Shown: positions 6,356 to 15,695, counted from the first letter of the stretch. The stretch: DNA of 32,000 nt from Akkermansia muciniphila ATCC BAA-835 (GCF_000020225.1 NC_010655.1:690001-722000); one strand, 5' to 3'. The notes: generated from the letters alone by a model not told the origin. Numbers and translations: made by a program.

Positions 6356-8938
6356 TCAACTTGATTTTCCATCGTCTCCCGGCAGCCCTTCCTCCGCCTC
6401 CAGACTGTTCATCCATAAATTCCATTTTTCAATGAAAGAGCGGTCCATCTGAAGCAATGCTTTTTCCTGCTGTGTGGCGGAAATGGTTCCCGTCAGCCTG
6501 CCAAAAATAAGCAAAGGCTTGGAATACGTATCCGCCAGGGAAGAAAATTCCGCAGGCTGCTTCTGGCGGCATTCCCGCGCCAGAGCATGCAGGGAGTTGA
6601 ACGGAAGCTCGTTCCAACTGACCTGGTACGCACCGCTTCCTTCCCGGCTGTCCTGAGGCTCCACGGTCAGCAGATGCCCCTTCATTCCTTTCAGGCGCAC
6701 CCTGGAGCCATCTCTGAGCACCAGAGTTTTCCCCGGTTTCTTTTCCAGCAGTGCGGGCAAAAGTCTCTCCATGCGGGAGAACAACGGAAGCATCTGGTCC
6801 GTCATTTCCCGGCGCATGGCCAGGCGGGCTTTCACCGCAGGAGAGGAAATGACTTTTTCCGCCTCTCCATAAACAGTGGAAACTTTCTCATAATCACCGG
6901 TTTCCTTCATGATGCCCTCCCCTTCCCGGCAGACGTCTTCATAACTTCTGGATTGGGCGGCCAGCAGAATTTCCCTCCTCTTTTCCTCCTCCAGTTTTTT
7001 TTGCCTCTCTTCCGCCTTTTTCCTTTCAGACGCCTTCACGGCTTCCGCAGCCTCCCAGTCCCGCGCAGCCTGGTACTGCATCCTCAAATGATCCAGTATT
7101 CCTTCCAGCGCGGCATAAGCCGGAGACATGGAAGGAACTTCCCCGCTGACCATCTGTCCCCGCAGGAAATCCGCCGCGGACCGTTTGGCCTCTACTTCAG
7201 CCACCGTTTTTTCCGGCATGTCCTGAAGACGTTTCAAGCGCGCGTACTGGTCCGTATACCTCTCCAGGTTGCTGAGCCACGCGGAAGCCAGCTCACGGAC
7301 GTTCCTGTCCCGGTCATCCGCCGCATCAGCGGCCACCCGGTCCAGAAAGCCGCCGTATTCCGTCCATCTCCCGGCAAAGTACCAGGATTTCAGCGCCATG
7401 CCCACATAATAATGCACGGCCAGGTCAGAATTGGAGCGCAGCCCCGGCATCCGGGAAGACCAGTCCGCGGAGCTCAGGTACATGACCAGGTTGCCAATAT
7501 CCCTGGAACGTTCCAGTTCCTCAGGGTCCCCGCAGGCTTCCATTTTTCTGCCCAGTTCTTCCAGACGCTCCACCCCTTCCGGGAACTGACCGCGCACCCA
7601 CATGCACAGAACCTGGTTCAAACCGGCCCAAAGGGATGTGGACAGGGGGCAGTCCGGCTGAGCCGCCAAATCGCCGAACATGGCGGCGGCTTTCACCAGA
7701 TCCCCCCGGTTCAGGGATTCCTGGGCTTCGTTAAACAGTTTGCCGAAGCGGATGCTGCGCTCCAGCCGCGATTCCGCCGCCCCCCTGTCTTCCAGGGCTG
7801 CTTCCGCCGCAGGAGAAATGGGCGAAGGCGGAGTTGCGGGAGCAGGAGCTCCCTCCTCCCGCCATTTCGTCCATCCCCAAACGCCCAACGCCAGCGCCAC
7901 TATGAAAGCAATGGAGGAGGCAACGATGATGCGGCATTTCCTGCGCCGTGCGCGCCGGGCCTCCACCGCGCGCCGTTCCGCCCAGGTGAGACCGGATTCC
8001 TGCATGGCCCGGGCGTATTCCTCCTGCGCCTGTGCCACGGCATCCATCAATTCGGGATAGGAAGAGAACCTGTCTTCCTTATCAAAAGCCATCAGCCTGT
8101 CCACAATGAAACAGGTCATTGGGGAAACGTCGTTCACCACCTGCTCCAGGCGAGGGAGATTTTTCTTGTTCTCCAGAAGAATATCGGAAGACTGGGAAGC
8201 GTCCACACGGGGAGGCGCACCTGCCAGCAAATGGTACATGGTAGCACCCAAAGCGTACATGTCCGTACGGAAGTCCTCCTCTCCTCGCAACAGCGTTTCC
8301 GGCGCGGCGTAATAAGGAGTAACCCATATTTCCCGCTCCATGTCGGATTCACTATGAAGCAGGGACAGGCCGAAATCCACGATTTTGGCGGCTCCGTCGG
8401 GGGACAAAAGAACGTTGGCGGGCTTGATATCCCTGTGCATGAGGCCCGCATTCCATGCGGCGTCCAGCCCGCGCACGATATCCAGCGTCAGGCGCAGCAC
8501 CCTGTCTTCCGGCACACGTTCCTCCGCAGCAATCAGGGCATCCAGGCCATTGCCCTCCACCAGCTCCATGGCAATGTAAAAAAGGCCCTGGTCACGTCCG
8601 ACGGCATAAAGCTGCACCAGGTTTTCATGGGAAACCCGCGCCATGATCCGGGCCTCCCGTTCAAAACGTTCGCAGCGCAGGGCATCCCCGGCATAAGTAT
8701 CATTCAGCACTTTCAGGGCCACTTCCCGCCCCAGAACGGCATCCTCCGCCCGGAACACCACGCTCATGCCGCCTTTTCCCAGTTTTCCGGTAATACGATA
8801 AGGCCCCATGCGCGTTTTTACACGCGTCAGCGCCTGGCAGCCCGGGCAAATGGCGTTGGCGTACGGAGGCAGCAGGGAAACATCCATGGGCTGTCCGCAC
8901 GCCGGGCAATTGACGATGTTTTCTTGCTGGGGAATCAT
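6356..8938 (-). CDS. Membrane Ser/Thr protein kinase: N-terminal zinc ribbon, Hanks kinase domain, one TM helix, and a ~490-aa helical extracytoplasmic region.
   Basis: 860 aa. CPACG..(20)..CPGCQ forms the zinc ribbon. Kinase motifs: GKGGMSVVF, VALK, HRDIKPANVLL, DFGLS, YYAAPE. The TM helix is IIVASSIAFIVALALGVWGW. A K/E-rich coiled segment reads KASERKKAEERQKKLEEEKRRE. Confidence 0.9.
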   Translation of the reverse strand: MIPQQENIVNCPACGQPMDVSLLPPYANAICPGCQALTRVKTRMGPYRITGKLGKGGMSVVFRAEDAVLGREVALKVLNDTYAGDALRCERFEREARIMARVSHENLVQLYAVGRDQGLFYIAMELVEGNGLDALIAAEERVPEDRVLRLTLDIVRGLDAAWNAGLMHRDIKPANVLLSPDGAAKIVDFGLSLLHSESDMEREIWVTPYYAAPETLLRGEEDFRTDMYALGATMYHLLAGAPPRVDASQSSDILLENKKNLPRLEQVVNDVSPMTCFIVDRLMAFDKEDRFSSYPELMDAVAQAQEEYARAMQESGLTWAERRAVEARRARRRKCRIIVASSIAFIVALALGVWGWTKWREEGAPAPATPPSPISPAAEAALEDRGAAESRLERSIRFGKLFNEAQESLNRGDLVKAAAMFGDLAAQPDCPLSTSLWAGLNQVLCMWVRGQFPEGVERLEELGRKMEACGDPEELERSRDIGNLVMYLSSADWSSRMPGLRSNSDLAVHYYVGMALKSWYFAGRWTEYGGFLDRVAADAADDRDRNVRELASAWLSNLERYTDQYARLKRLQDMPEKTVAEVEAKRSAADFLRGQMVSGEVPSMSPAYAALEGILDHLRMQYQAARDWEAAEAVKASERKKAEERQKKLEEEKRREILLAAQSRSYEDVCREGEGIMKETGDYEKVSTVYGEAEKVISSPAVKARLAMRREMTDQMLPLFSRMERLLPALLEKKPGKTLVLRDGSRVRLKGMKGHLLTVEPQDSREGSGAYQVSWNELPFNSLHALARECRQKQPAEFSSLADTYSKPLLIFGRLTGTISATQQEKALLQMDRSFIEKWNLWMNSLEAEEGLPGDDGKSS

Positions 8939-9025
8939 GAACGCAGGGCGGCGGAACGGGAATCAGAAAAAAGGAAGGAGGAAAAACGGCGCGGATTGGC
9001 CGTCCCCCCCCTCCGAATATGAGCA

Positions 9026-9053
9026 GGGAGGGCCCCCAGCCAGGGCCCCTCCC
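9026..9053 (-). terminator. GC-rich hairpin between the sugar-kinase gene and the Ser/Thr-kinase gene; possible terminator or attenuator, with no U tract.
   Basis: On the plus strand, GGGAGGGCCC (9026-9035) pairs with GGGCCCCTCCC (9043-9053) with one bulged base. It sits 20 nt downstream of the stop at 9073 on the minus strand. Confidence 0.3.
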
Positions 9054-9072
9054 GCAAATTTGATTAATCCCG

Positions 9073-10455
9073 TCAGGAGAGAGCCGGAAGGGAAGCGGCA
9101 GCTACGGCCTGTCCGTGGCGCTTGGTCTTTTCATCCGGCACGCGGAGCTGGATCTTCAGCTCGGGGAATTCGGTGCGCAGCACTTCTTCCGCCTTGTCAA
9201 TGATGATCTGGCCGCCGTCTCCGGAAGCCACACGGCCCAGGAAGAGCAGGTTGCGGATATCATAGAACCTGGCGTAATGGGCAATGGCATAGCCGAAGTG
9301 CACGCCGATGGTTTCATAAATCTTGCGGGCGCGTTCGTCGCCTTCCGCCATGGCGGCCTGAACCTTTTTAAGCTGTTCCGGGAAGGGCATTCCTTCAAAC
9401 TGGAAACCGGCGCGGGGGGCCAGGCGGGCCACAGCCTGCTGGGAGAAGTAAAGGGCGCCTACGCCCATATCCTTGGACCATTCGTCCACTCCGCCTTCCT
9501 CCGAGTAGTCCACAGGGGCGAACGCCAGTTCATTCAGCCAGGGCTTGATGTGGCCTTCCGGATCCACGTAGCCGGCGGCCTCGGAGGTGCCCATGGCCAC
9601 GCCGAGCACGGCGTTATCGTTCATGCCCATGGCCCCTGCGAGGGCGGTGACTTCACCGTCATTCACCACTTCAAAGGGAATGTTGTTCCATTTTTCCTTC
9701 TGGAGGGTGCGGAATACCTTGCCGAGAGTCTTTTCAATGTCTTCCTGGCTGACGCCGCGGAACAGGGAGGAAGTGCGTACTTCACTGTTGATGATCACGC
9801 CGGCGGAGGATCCGCCGATGGCGTCCACCCGGGGGAGATGAGCGGCGGCGCGTTCCAGAGAATCCTGAATTCCGTCAATGTGATACTGGGGGTCCTTCTG
9901 GAAGTAAGGGTCCCAGACCACTTCCTCGGAATAAACCACTTCCCCATTCACCACGGCGGCGCATTTGCGGTCGGAACCGCCCAGGTCAAAACCAATGCGG
10001 CAGCCGTCCAGGTTGCGGCCCAGTGTCATGGAGCCGGAGTATTCCTCGGGAAGTTCTTCCACGGAAACCTTTTTCACTTCAATCGGGGAGCCGTAAATCT
10101 TCTTGCCGATGAAATCCCAGTCGAATTCGCGGATACCGCCTTTGCAATAGCGGGAGGCCAGCATGTCCGCAATAGCGTCATCCCCGGCGACGAGGATGAT
10201 ATTGCCGCCCTTCTGCCACAGCAGGAATTTCACAATGCGCTCCACATAGGTCTCATTCAGGGCAATGTTTTCTCCGGTATGGGGAAGAAGCTTGCCGGAC
10301 CAGCGGAAACAGGTCCCGTCATTGCGGGTCAGAGCGATATCCACTTGATGAGAAGCGGGATCGGCGGCGGCTTTGGCCTCAAAAGCTTGATTCCAAAGAA
10401 CGGCCGGCACGAAGCCGGGGTCCAGCACAGGCGTGATTTTGGGTTGAATATTCAT
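9073..10455 (-). CDS. ASKHA-superfamily (ROK-like) sugar kinase with a ~140-aa N-terminal extension.
   Basis: Track ORF 9073..10509; I prefer the ATG at 10455 (MNIQPKITPV). Motifs: FDLGGSDRKCAAV (phosphate-1), IGGSSAG, NDGEVTALAG, GVAMGTSEAAGYV. I could not find the CxCGxxGCxE zinc motif of canonical ROK kinases. Confidence 0.75.
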   Translation of the reverse strand: MNIQPKITPVLDPGFVPAVLWNQAFEAKAAADPASHQVDIALTRNDGTCFRWSGKLLPHTGENIALNETYVERIVKFLLWQKGGNIILVAGDDAIADMLASRYCKGGIREFDWDFIGKKIYGSPIEVKKVSVEELPEEYSGSMTLGRNLDGCRIGFDLGGSDRKCAAVVNGEVVYSEEVVWDPYFQKDPQYHIDGIQDSLERAAAHLPRVDAIGGSSAGVIINSEVRTSSLFRGVSQEDIEKTLGKVFRTLQKEKWNNIPFEVVNDGEVTALAGAMGMNDNAVLGVAMGTSEAAGYVDPEGHIKPWLNELAFAPVDYSEEGGVDEWSKDMGVGALYFSQQAVARLAPRAGFQFEGMPFPEQLKKVQAAMAEGDERARKIYETIGVHFGYAIAHYARFYDIRNLLFLGRVASGDGGQIIIDKAEEVLRTEFPELKIQLRVPDEKTKRHGQAVAAASLPALS

Positions 10456-10655
10456 GGCGATAATCCGTTGGAAACGTAGCATACCCGCTTTTCCTTGAAA
10501 AGTATTCATTCCCTTTCCTGATGATTTTTTTTGCGGAATGAGGGGAGATAGCTCATTTTCTGCTGGAAAATCACCGTGTTTCCACTAAAGAGACAGGAGC
10601 TTTTCTTCCGGCGCGGTACTCTGGAAGGGCGGCCCATTCCACACATGCCTATTCC

Positions 10656-11519
10656 ATGAATGAATTAACGGACCAGCTCATTACCCTGTTCTCTTCCATC
10701 CTGATTACCGTCATGTTCCTCGCCGTGGCGGTAAACATATTCCGCCGGAATCATGCGCCTGATACCCGGCATCCGCTGAAATGGCGTATTCCCGTAGGCC
10801 ATCTGGACATGCTGGACATCGCCATGTGCGGCATCATTGTGCTTTACTTCAGCCTGGGGGCCCTGTTGGCGGCAGCCACGCCTCCGGGGGCTTCCGCTCC
10901 GCCCAGCACAACCAACATGGAGCTGGACAGCTACAAGGTTTTCAACGGAACCTGCCTGAATCTCATTCTGGCCTTCGTCCTGCTGGTGCGCATGTTCCAT
11001 ACGGGCCGGATGGAGGCGCTGGGATTGAAAAAACATTCCCTGAAGGTCCTCCTCTACGCTCCGGCGGCAGGTTATCTGCTGGTGCTGGCCATCCACTTCC
11101 TGCTGGACAAGGCGGGCCTGTTCCAGTGGATTGAACACGCCACCAACGCCCCGGCCGAACAATCCATTGTTTCCGTGCTGAGGCACTCCAGCGACATTCC
11201 CCTGATCACGGTTATCTGCTTCAGCGCCGCCATCGCCGCCCCTCTGGTGGAGGAACTTATTTTCCGCGGTTATCTGTACCCGATCATGAAAAAATACACG
11301 GGCGTCTGGTTTGCCCTGATCACCACCTCCCTCCTCTTCGGCATCATCCACGTCAGCCTGGTTCCGTTCATCCCCCTGGCAATCTTCGGAGCCGTACTGG
11401 TGCTGCTGTACGAATACACGGGCAGCATCTGGACGCCCATCATCGCCCATTGCATTTTCAACACCGCCACTCTCATCAACATTCTGTATCCCGGCATCCT
11501 TCTTCCGTATGGAACCTGA
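10656..11519 (+). CDS. CPBP (CAAX/Abi) family intramembrane metalloprotease.
   Basis: 287 aa and polytopic. Motifs EELIFRGYL, FGIIH and HCIFN appear in the order expected for the family. Confidence 0.85.
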   Translation: MNELTDQLITLFSSILITVMFLAVAVNIFRRNHAPDTRHPLKWRIPVGHLDMLDIAMCGIIVLYFSLGALLAAATPPGASAPPSTTNMELDSYKVFNGTCLNLILAFVLLVRMFHTGRMEALGLKKHSLKVLLYAPAAGYLLVLAIHFLLDKAGLFQWIEHATNAPAEQSIVSVLRHSSDIPLITVICFSAAIAAPLVEELIFRGYLYPIMKKYTGVWFALITTSLLFGIIHVSLVPFIPLAIFGAVLVLLYEYTGSIWTPIIAHCIFNTATLINILYPGILLPYGT

Positions 11520-12405
11520 GCCCAGCATCCGGCAGATGGGAGAGGATGCGCTGGTAGCCCGCCTCCTTCCCCTGATGCCTTCCAATCCGTCCCTGGAGAC
11601 GGGGCCGGGAGACGATTGCGCCATAATCCGGGGGTCAGGAAACCGTCAGCTGCTCCTGAAAACGGACTGCGTGGTGGAAGGCATGCATTTCCTGCCCGGA
11701 ACGGACCCGGAACTGATCGGGAGGAAGGCGCTGGCACGGGCCGTTTCAGACATAGGGGCCATGGGCGGCACGCCCCTTCACGCACTGGTGACCCTGTTCG
11801 TGCACGCAGACCGCCCCATCTCCCAAGTGGAAGGAATTTACCGCGGCATGGGGCGGCTGGCACGGCAGTTCGGCATCAGCATCGCCGGGGGGGAAAGCTC
11901 CGGCCTGCCCGCGGACGGGCTCATCATCAACGTGGCGCTGACCGGAGAAGTGGAGGCAGGCAAAGCCGTACTGCGCAGCACGGCGCGGGCGGGGGATCTG
12001 ATTGCCGTAACGGGAACGCTCGGCGGCAGCTTCCCCACCGGCCACCATCTTTCCTTCACGCCGCGTGTCAGGGAAGGAGGCATCCTGGCCGCCTCCGGCG
12101 TAGCCACCTCCATGATGGATCTTTCCGACGGGCTGGGAACCGACCTCCCCCGGCTGGCGGCCGCCTCCGGGCTTGGGTTCCGTATTCATGAAGAGCTTCT
12201 TCCCGTGCGCCCGGGGTTTACTGCGGCCCAGGCTGTAGGGGATGGGGAGGATTACGAATTGCTGGTGACCTTCCGTCCCGGCGACCGAGAACGGGCGGCA
12301 CGACTGGCCGCGGAGCATTTTCCGGAAACGCCTCTCACCGTCATCGGGGAAATGACTGCGGAAACGGCCTCCGCCCTTCCCCCAGGTTACAGGCACTTCA
12401 GCTAG
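11509..12405 (+). CDS. thiL: Thiamine-monophosphate kinase.
   Basis: 298 aa. Motifs: GDDCAII, DCVVEGMHF, GGTPLHALV, DLSDGL. It overlaps the preceding gene by 11 nt. ATG 11536 (MGEDALV) is an alternative start. Confidence 0.85.
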   Translation: MEPEPSIRQMGEDALVARLLPLMPSNPSLETGPGDDCAIIRGSGNRQLLLKTDCVVEGMHFLPGTDPELIGRKALARAVSDIGAMGGTPLHALVTLFVHADRPISQVEGIYRGMGRLARQFGISIAGGESSGLPADGLIINVALTGEVEAGKAVLRSTARAGDLIAVTGTLGGSFPTGHHLSFTPRVREGGILAASGVATSMMDLSDGLGTDLPRLAAASGLGFRIHEELLPVRPGFTAAQAVGDGEDYELLVTFRPGDRERAARLAAEHFPETPLTVIGEMTAETASALPPGYRHFS

Positions 12406-12449
12406 CCCGTTAAGAACCGGGGGCAGAGCCACGCAAAACGCCTGCGGAA

Positions 12450-14291
12450 TTATTCCGCCGCCTTTTCCTCCTCTTTCTCCCGCTGCATGTAAGGCAGGAG
12501 CTGTTCATACGCGTCTTTGCCCAGATAACGCTTGATGGAACGCTCCGGCGTTTTGAAAATGTCCACCAGGATCAGGCAGTCCAATACGTCGCCAAAATGC
12601 TTATCCACGCTGAAGGAAAGAATTTTGCCGTTCAATTTCAGATATTGGCGGAGCAATACGGGAATACCCTTGCCATCCTCTTCTATATCAGCGACCAATT
12701 GGGACAGCCCCTGGGCATCTGCCAGCCCCAGAGGGAGGATGCATGATTCCGACCTCTTCAGGTCCGCTTTACGGGGCGGATTGTAGGCCCTCACCTCACT
12801 CACCAGCACGGGCTCCATTTCATGCGCCTTCAGATAGGAGACGATGAGGGCGCGGGAAAGGTTGGTGTAATCCCGGGAAATGCTGACTGTGCCGAACAGG
12901 TAGCGGTAATGGTGGTTGCGGGCCATGAACTGGCCGATGCCCTCCCAAATGAAACCGAGAGCCAGCGGCCTCTTCTGGTATTCCGGAACAATGAAGGCGC
13001 GCCCCATTTCCAGAGAGCGGTCCAGCACCCGCAAAGCGGCAGGGGAAAAGGAAAAGTATTCCCCGTTGTACAACCCTTTCACACCGTAGCGGGCAAGGAT
13101 TTTGTCCGTTTCCCCCATGCGGTAGGCGCCCACAATTTTCTGGTGCGTTCTGTCCCACAGGAACAGGTGCTTGTAATGGTTGTCGTATGTATCCAGGTCG
13201 CAGGCGTTGCCGGAACCTTCCCCCACCTGGCGGAAAGTATATTCCCGCAAACGCCCTATTTCAATAAGGATATTGGGGATTTGCAGGGCATCCGCCACGT
13301 ACACGTCCCAATCTCCATTTTCCTGACGGGCATGCAGACACTCCGGGGGCAGCGCGTCGATTTCCGCCTGCATATCCTGCACGGAAACGGGGGAGGTCAG
13401 CGCGGCCATCTTCGCCTTCCGGTCCTTTTTGTGCACATGGGGGCGGCGGCTTTTTTCATAACTTTTGCCCAGCAGATAGGTGCGCAGGCGCAGATGGGAG
13501 ACGATGGCTTCATCGGAATCATATTGTCCAAGCTGGCTGAACGGAATGGGCTTGCCTACCACAATGCGGTGTGTCCGGCGGCCGTCCCGACCCACTTCAC
13601 GGGGAAGGAACGCCACGCGCGCCTTGCGGTTGATCAGGGAAATGCCCTGGAACAGCAGGCTGTTGCGCCCCGGGAAATATACGGGCACCACCGTCGCTTT
13701 CGTCATGCGGATAATGGCGGCGATATTCGCGTTCCAGGGGTCGTCCGTCACCCTTTTGTGGGCCAGGGAAAAGCTGGAGACCGTGCCGGCGGGGAAAATG
13801 CCCAGAACCCCGCCCTGCCGCAGCCAGGAAATCATCTTGCGCATGCCGGAAAGGTTTTTGCGCCGGGCGTTCTCATCCTCATACACGTCCACCTTGATGA
13901 GCCAGGGATCCAGCTCCCCGCACAGGGAAAGCTGCTCGTTGACCAGGATGCGGACATCCTCCCTTACGCGGGTAAGCAGCTCCCCGAACATGATGCCGTC
14001 CGACAAGCCGTGCGGATGATTGGCGACGACGACGACAGGCCCTTTCTTAGGAATATTTTCCAGGTCCCCCGGGCGCAGCTGAAGCTTCAGATTCAAATGC
14101 CTGGAGGCAAGCTGAAAGAAATTTTCCTGAGAACCGGACTCCTTGTCGCGCACGATCTTGTCATAAGCCTTGTTCAGGCGTTCCAGGCCCAGCAGCTTTT
14201 CGGCGGACGCGGCCACCAGAGCAGGCAGACGCGTATTCTCGTCCAAAATGTCTCTGATGTCCACCATCTTCGGGTGCTTGAGCTGGGCCAT
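12450..14291 (-). CDS. Two-domain acyltransferase: an N-terminal lysophospholipid (PlsC/OlsA-like) acyltransferase fused to a C-terminal OlsB-like GNAT N-acyltransferase. This is an OlsF-like architecture.
   Basis: 613 aa. The N-terminal half carries VVVANHPHGLSDG and GIFPAGTVS blocks. The C-terminal half carries REYTFRQVGEGSGNACDLDTYDNHYKHLFLWDRTHQKIVGAYRMG, the pattern of the OlsB / hemolysin-like GNAT family. Confidence 0.8.
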   Translation of the reverse strand: MAQLKHPKMVDIRDILDENTRLPALVAASAEKLLGLERLNKAYDKIVRDKESGSQENFFQLASRHLNLKLQLRPGDLENIPKKGPVVVVANHPHGLSDGIMFGELLTRVREDVRILVNEQLSLCGELDPWLIKVDVYEDENARRKNLSGMRKMISWLRQGGVLGIFPAGTVSSFSLAHKRVTDDPWNANIAAIIRMTKATVVPVYFPGRNSLLFQGISLINRKARVAFLPREVGRDGRRTHRIVVGKPIPFSQLGQYDSDEAIVSHLRLRTYLLGKSYEKSRRPHVHKKDRKAKMAALTSPVSVQDMQAEIDALPPECLHARQENGDWDVYVADALQIPNILIEIGRLREYTFRQVGEGSGNACDLDTYDNHYKHLFLWDRTHQKIVGAYRMGETDKILARYGVKGLYNGEYFSFSPAALRVLDRSLEMGRAFIVPEYQKRPLALGFIWEGIGQFMARNHHYRYLFGTVSISRDYTNLSRALIVSYLKAHEMEPVLVSEVRAYNPPRKADLKRSESCILPLGLADAQGLSQLVADIEEDGKGIPVLLRQYLKLNGKILSFSVDKHFGDVLDCLILVDIFKTPERSIKRYLGKDAYEQLLPYMQREKEEEKAAE

Positions 14292-14429
14292 GCCCCGCTG
14301 TATAACGGATTTACGGGAAAAAGTGAAACTCTTTTTGCAACGCCCTTCGGAACGCAGTCTTGATTTCCACAGGGCTCAAAGCTACAATTCAAACGGCTTT
14401 AGCCCCCATTTCCAACTCAGAAGACACTC

Positions 14430-15071
14430 ATGCATCCAGCCATCGCCATTGACGGCCCCGCCGCCTCCGGAAAATCCACCGTCGCCAAGCTCATCGCGGA
14501 CCGCCTCGGCTATACGTTCATCAACACCGGGGCCATGTACCGGGCCGTTACCTGGTACATGCTGGAACAGGGCATCAACCCTGCGGACACGGCGGCCGTG
14601 CTGGAATCCCTGCCGTCCGTGCCTCTCTCCTTCGGCAAGGACGGCAGCCGATCCGTAGTTCTGTACGGACAGCATGTGCTGGGCGAAGAACTCACGAGCC
14701 GGCAGGTCAACGACCACGTTTCCACCATTGCGGCCATCCCGGAAGTACGCGCCCTGCTGGTGGAACGGCAGCGGGAATATAACCGCCGGGAACCCGTCGT
14801 GATGGAAGGCAGGGACATAGGCACCGTGGTTTTTCCGGATACGCCGTTCAAGTACTTCGTCACCGCATCCGAGGAAGTGAGGGCCGCGCGCCGCGCTGCG
14901 GAGGGACTGACGGACTCTATCGCGGAACGGGACCGCAAGGATTCCTCCCGCGCCACCGCCCCGCTGGCGCAGGCGCCTGACGCTCTTCTGGTGGATACGT
15001 CAGACATGACGATTGACCAGGTCGTCCGTTTCATCACCGACAACATCCAACAAAAACTCTCCTCCAGATGA
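14430..15071 (+). CDS. cmk: Cytidylate kinase.
   Basis: 213 aa. IAIDGPAASGKST P-loop at the N-terminus, with cmk-typical YRAVTW and GRDIGTVVFP blocks. Confidence 0.9.
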   Translation: MHPAIAIDGPAASGKSTVAKLIADRLGYTFINTGAMYRAVTWYMLEQGINPADTAAVLESLPSVPLSFGKDGSRSVVLYGQHVLGEELTSRQVNDHVSTIAAIPEVRALLVERQREYNRREPVVMEGRDIGTVVFPDTPFKYFVTASEEVRAARRAAEGLTDSIAERDRKDSSRATAPLAQAPDALLVDTSDMTIDQVVRFITDNIQQKLSSR

Positions 15072-15679
15072 ACTCTTTCTACTGGGTTTTCTACACGCTC
15101 TTCAAAAGCATTTCCAAAGCCTTCTTCTCCTGGAAAGTCGTCAACCGGGAAAAACTCATCGAAGACGGCCCCGTGCTCATCGTCAGCAATCACCAGAGCT
15201 TTCTGGATCCGCCCATGCTGGGCATTTCCTATGAGGACGGCATCTATTTTTTCGCACGCAAGACACTGTTCCAGGGCATTTTCAAATGGGCCCTGCCCCT
15301 CTGCCAGGCTATCCCCATTGACCAGGAAAACCCGGATGCCGCCAGCCTCAAGCACGTGATACGCCTGCTGAAATCCGGCAAGCGCGTACTCGTGTTTCCG
15401 GAAGGCTCCCGCACGCCGGATGGTGAAATCCATGACGGCATGGGCGGGATCGGCCTCATCCTGAGCAAAACGAAAGTTCCCGTGCAGCCCCTGCGCATCA
15501 GCGGTGCGTATGAAGCCTTTCCCATCGGCGCCCGGTTTCCCAGGCTCCGCCCCGTCACGGTCACGGTGGGAGACCCCATCCCCTTCACGCCGGCGGAACT
15601 CAACGCCAAAGGAAAAGATGCATACCAGCACCTGACGGACAAAATCATGGACGCCATCCGCTCCCTCCCTGCGGAATAA
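15068..15679 (+). CDS. plsC: 1-acyl-sn-glycerol-3-phosphate acyltransferase.
   Basis: 203 aa. Motifs NHQSFLDP (HX4D) and FPEGSRT. It overlaps cmk by 4 nt (ATGA). Confidence 0.85.
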   Translation: MNSFYWVFYTLFKSISKAFFSWKVVNREKLIEDGPVLIVSNHQSFLDPPMLGISYEDGIYFFARKTLFQGIFKWALPLCQAIPIDQENPDAASLKHVIRLLKSGKRVLVFPEGSRTPDGEIHDGMGGIGLILSKTKVPVQPLRISGAYEAFPIGARFPRLRPVTVTVGDPIPFTPAELNAKGKDAYQHLTDKIMDAIRSLPAE

Positions 15680-15695
15680 CCCCTTTCCCGGCCCC

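Noticed and set aside
6587-9022. 811-aa ORF on the plus strand opposite the Ser/Thr kinase gene.
   Set aside because: It is antisense to a gene with unambiguous kinase motifs. The product is R/G/P/H-rich with no motifs, as expected for the stop-poor antisense frame of high-GC coding DNA.
12822-14363. 513-aa plus-strand ORF opposite the two-domain acyltransferase. The same situation applies to 9115..10479, 5083..6096, 2193..3116, 3129..3950, 10665..11624, 14510..15697 and 15714..16691.
   Set aside because: All are mirror-frame ORFs of well-supported genes. They have low-complexity Arg/Gly/Pro/His-rich translations and no recognisable domains.
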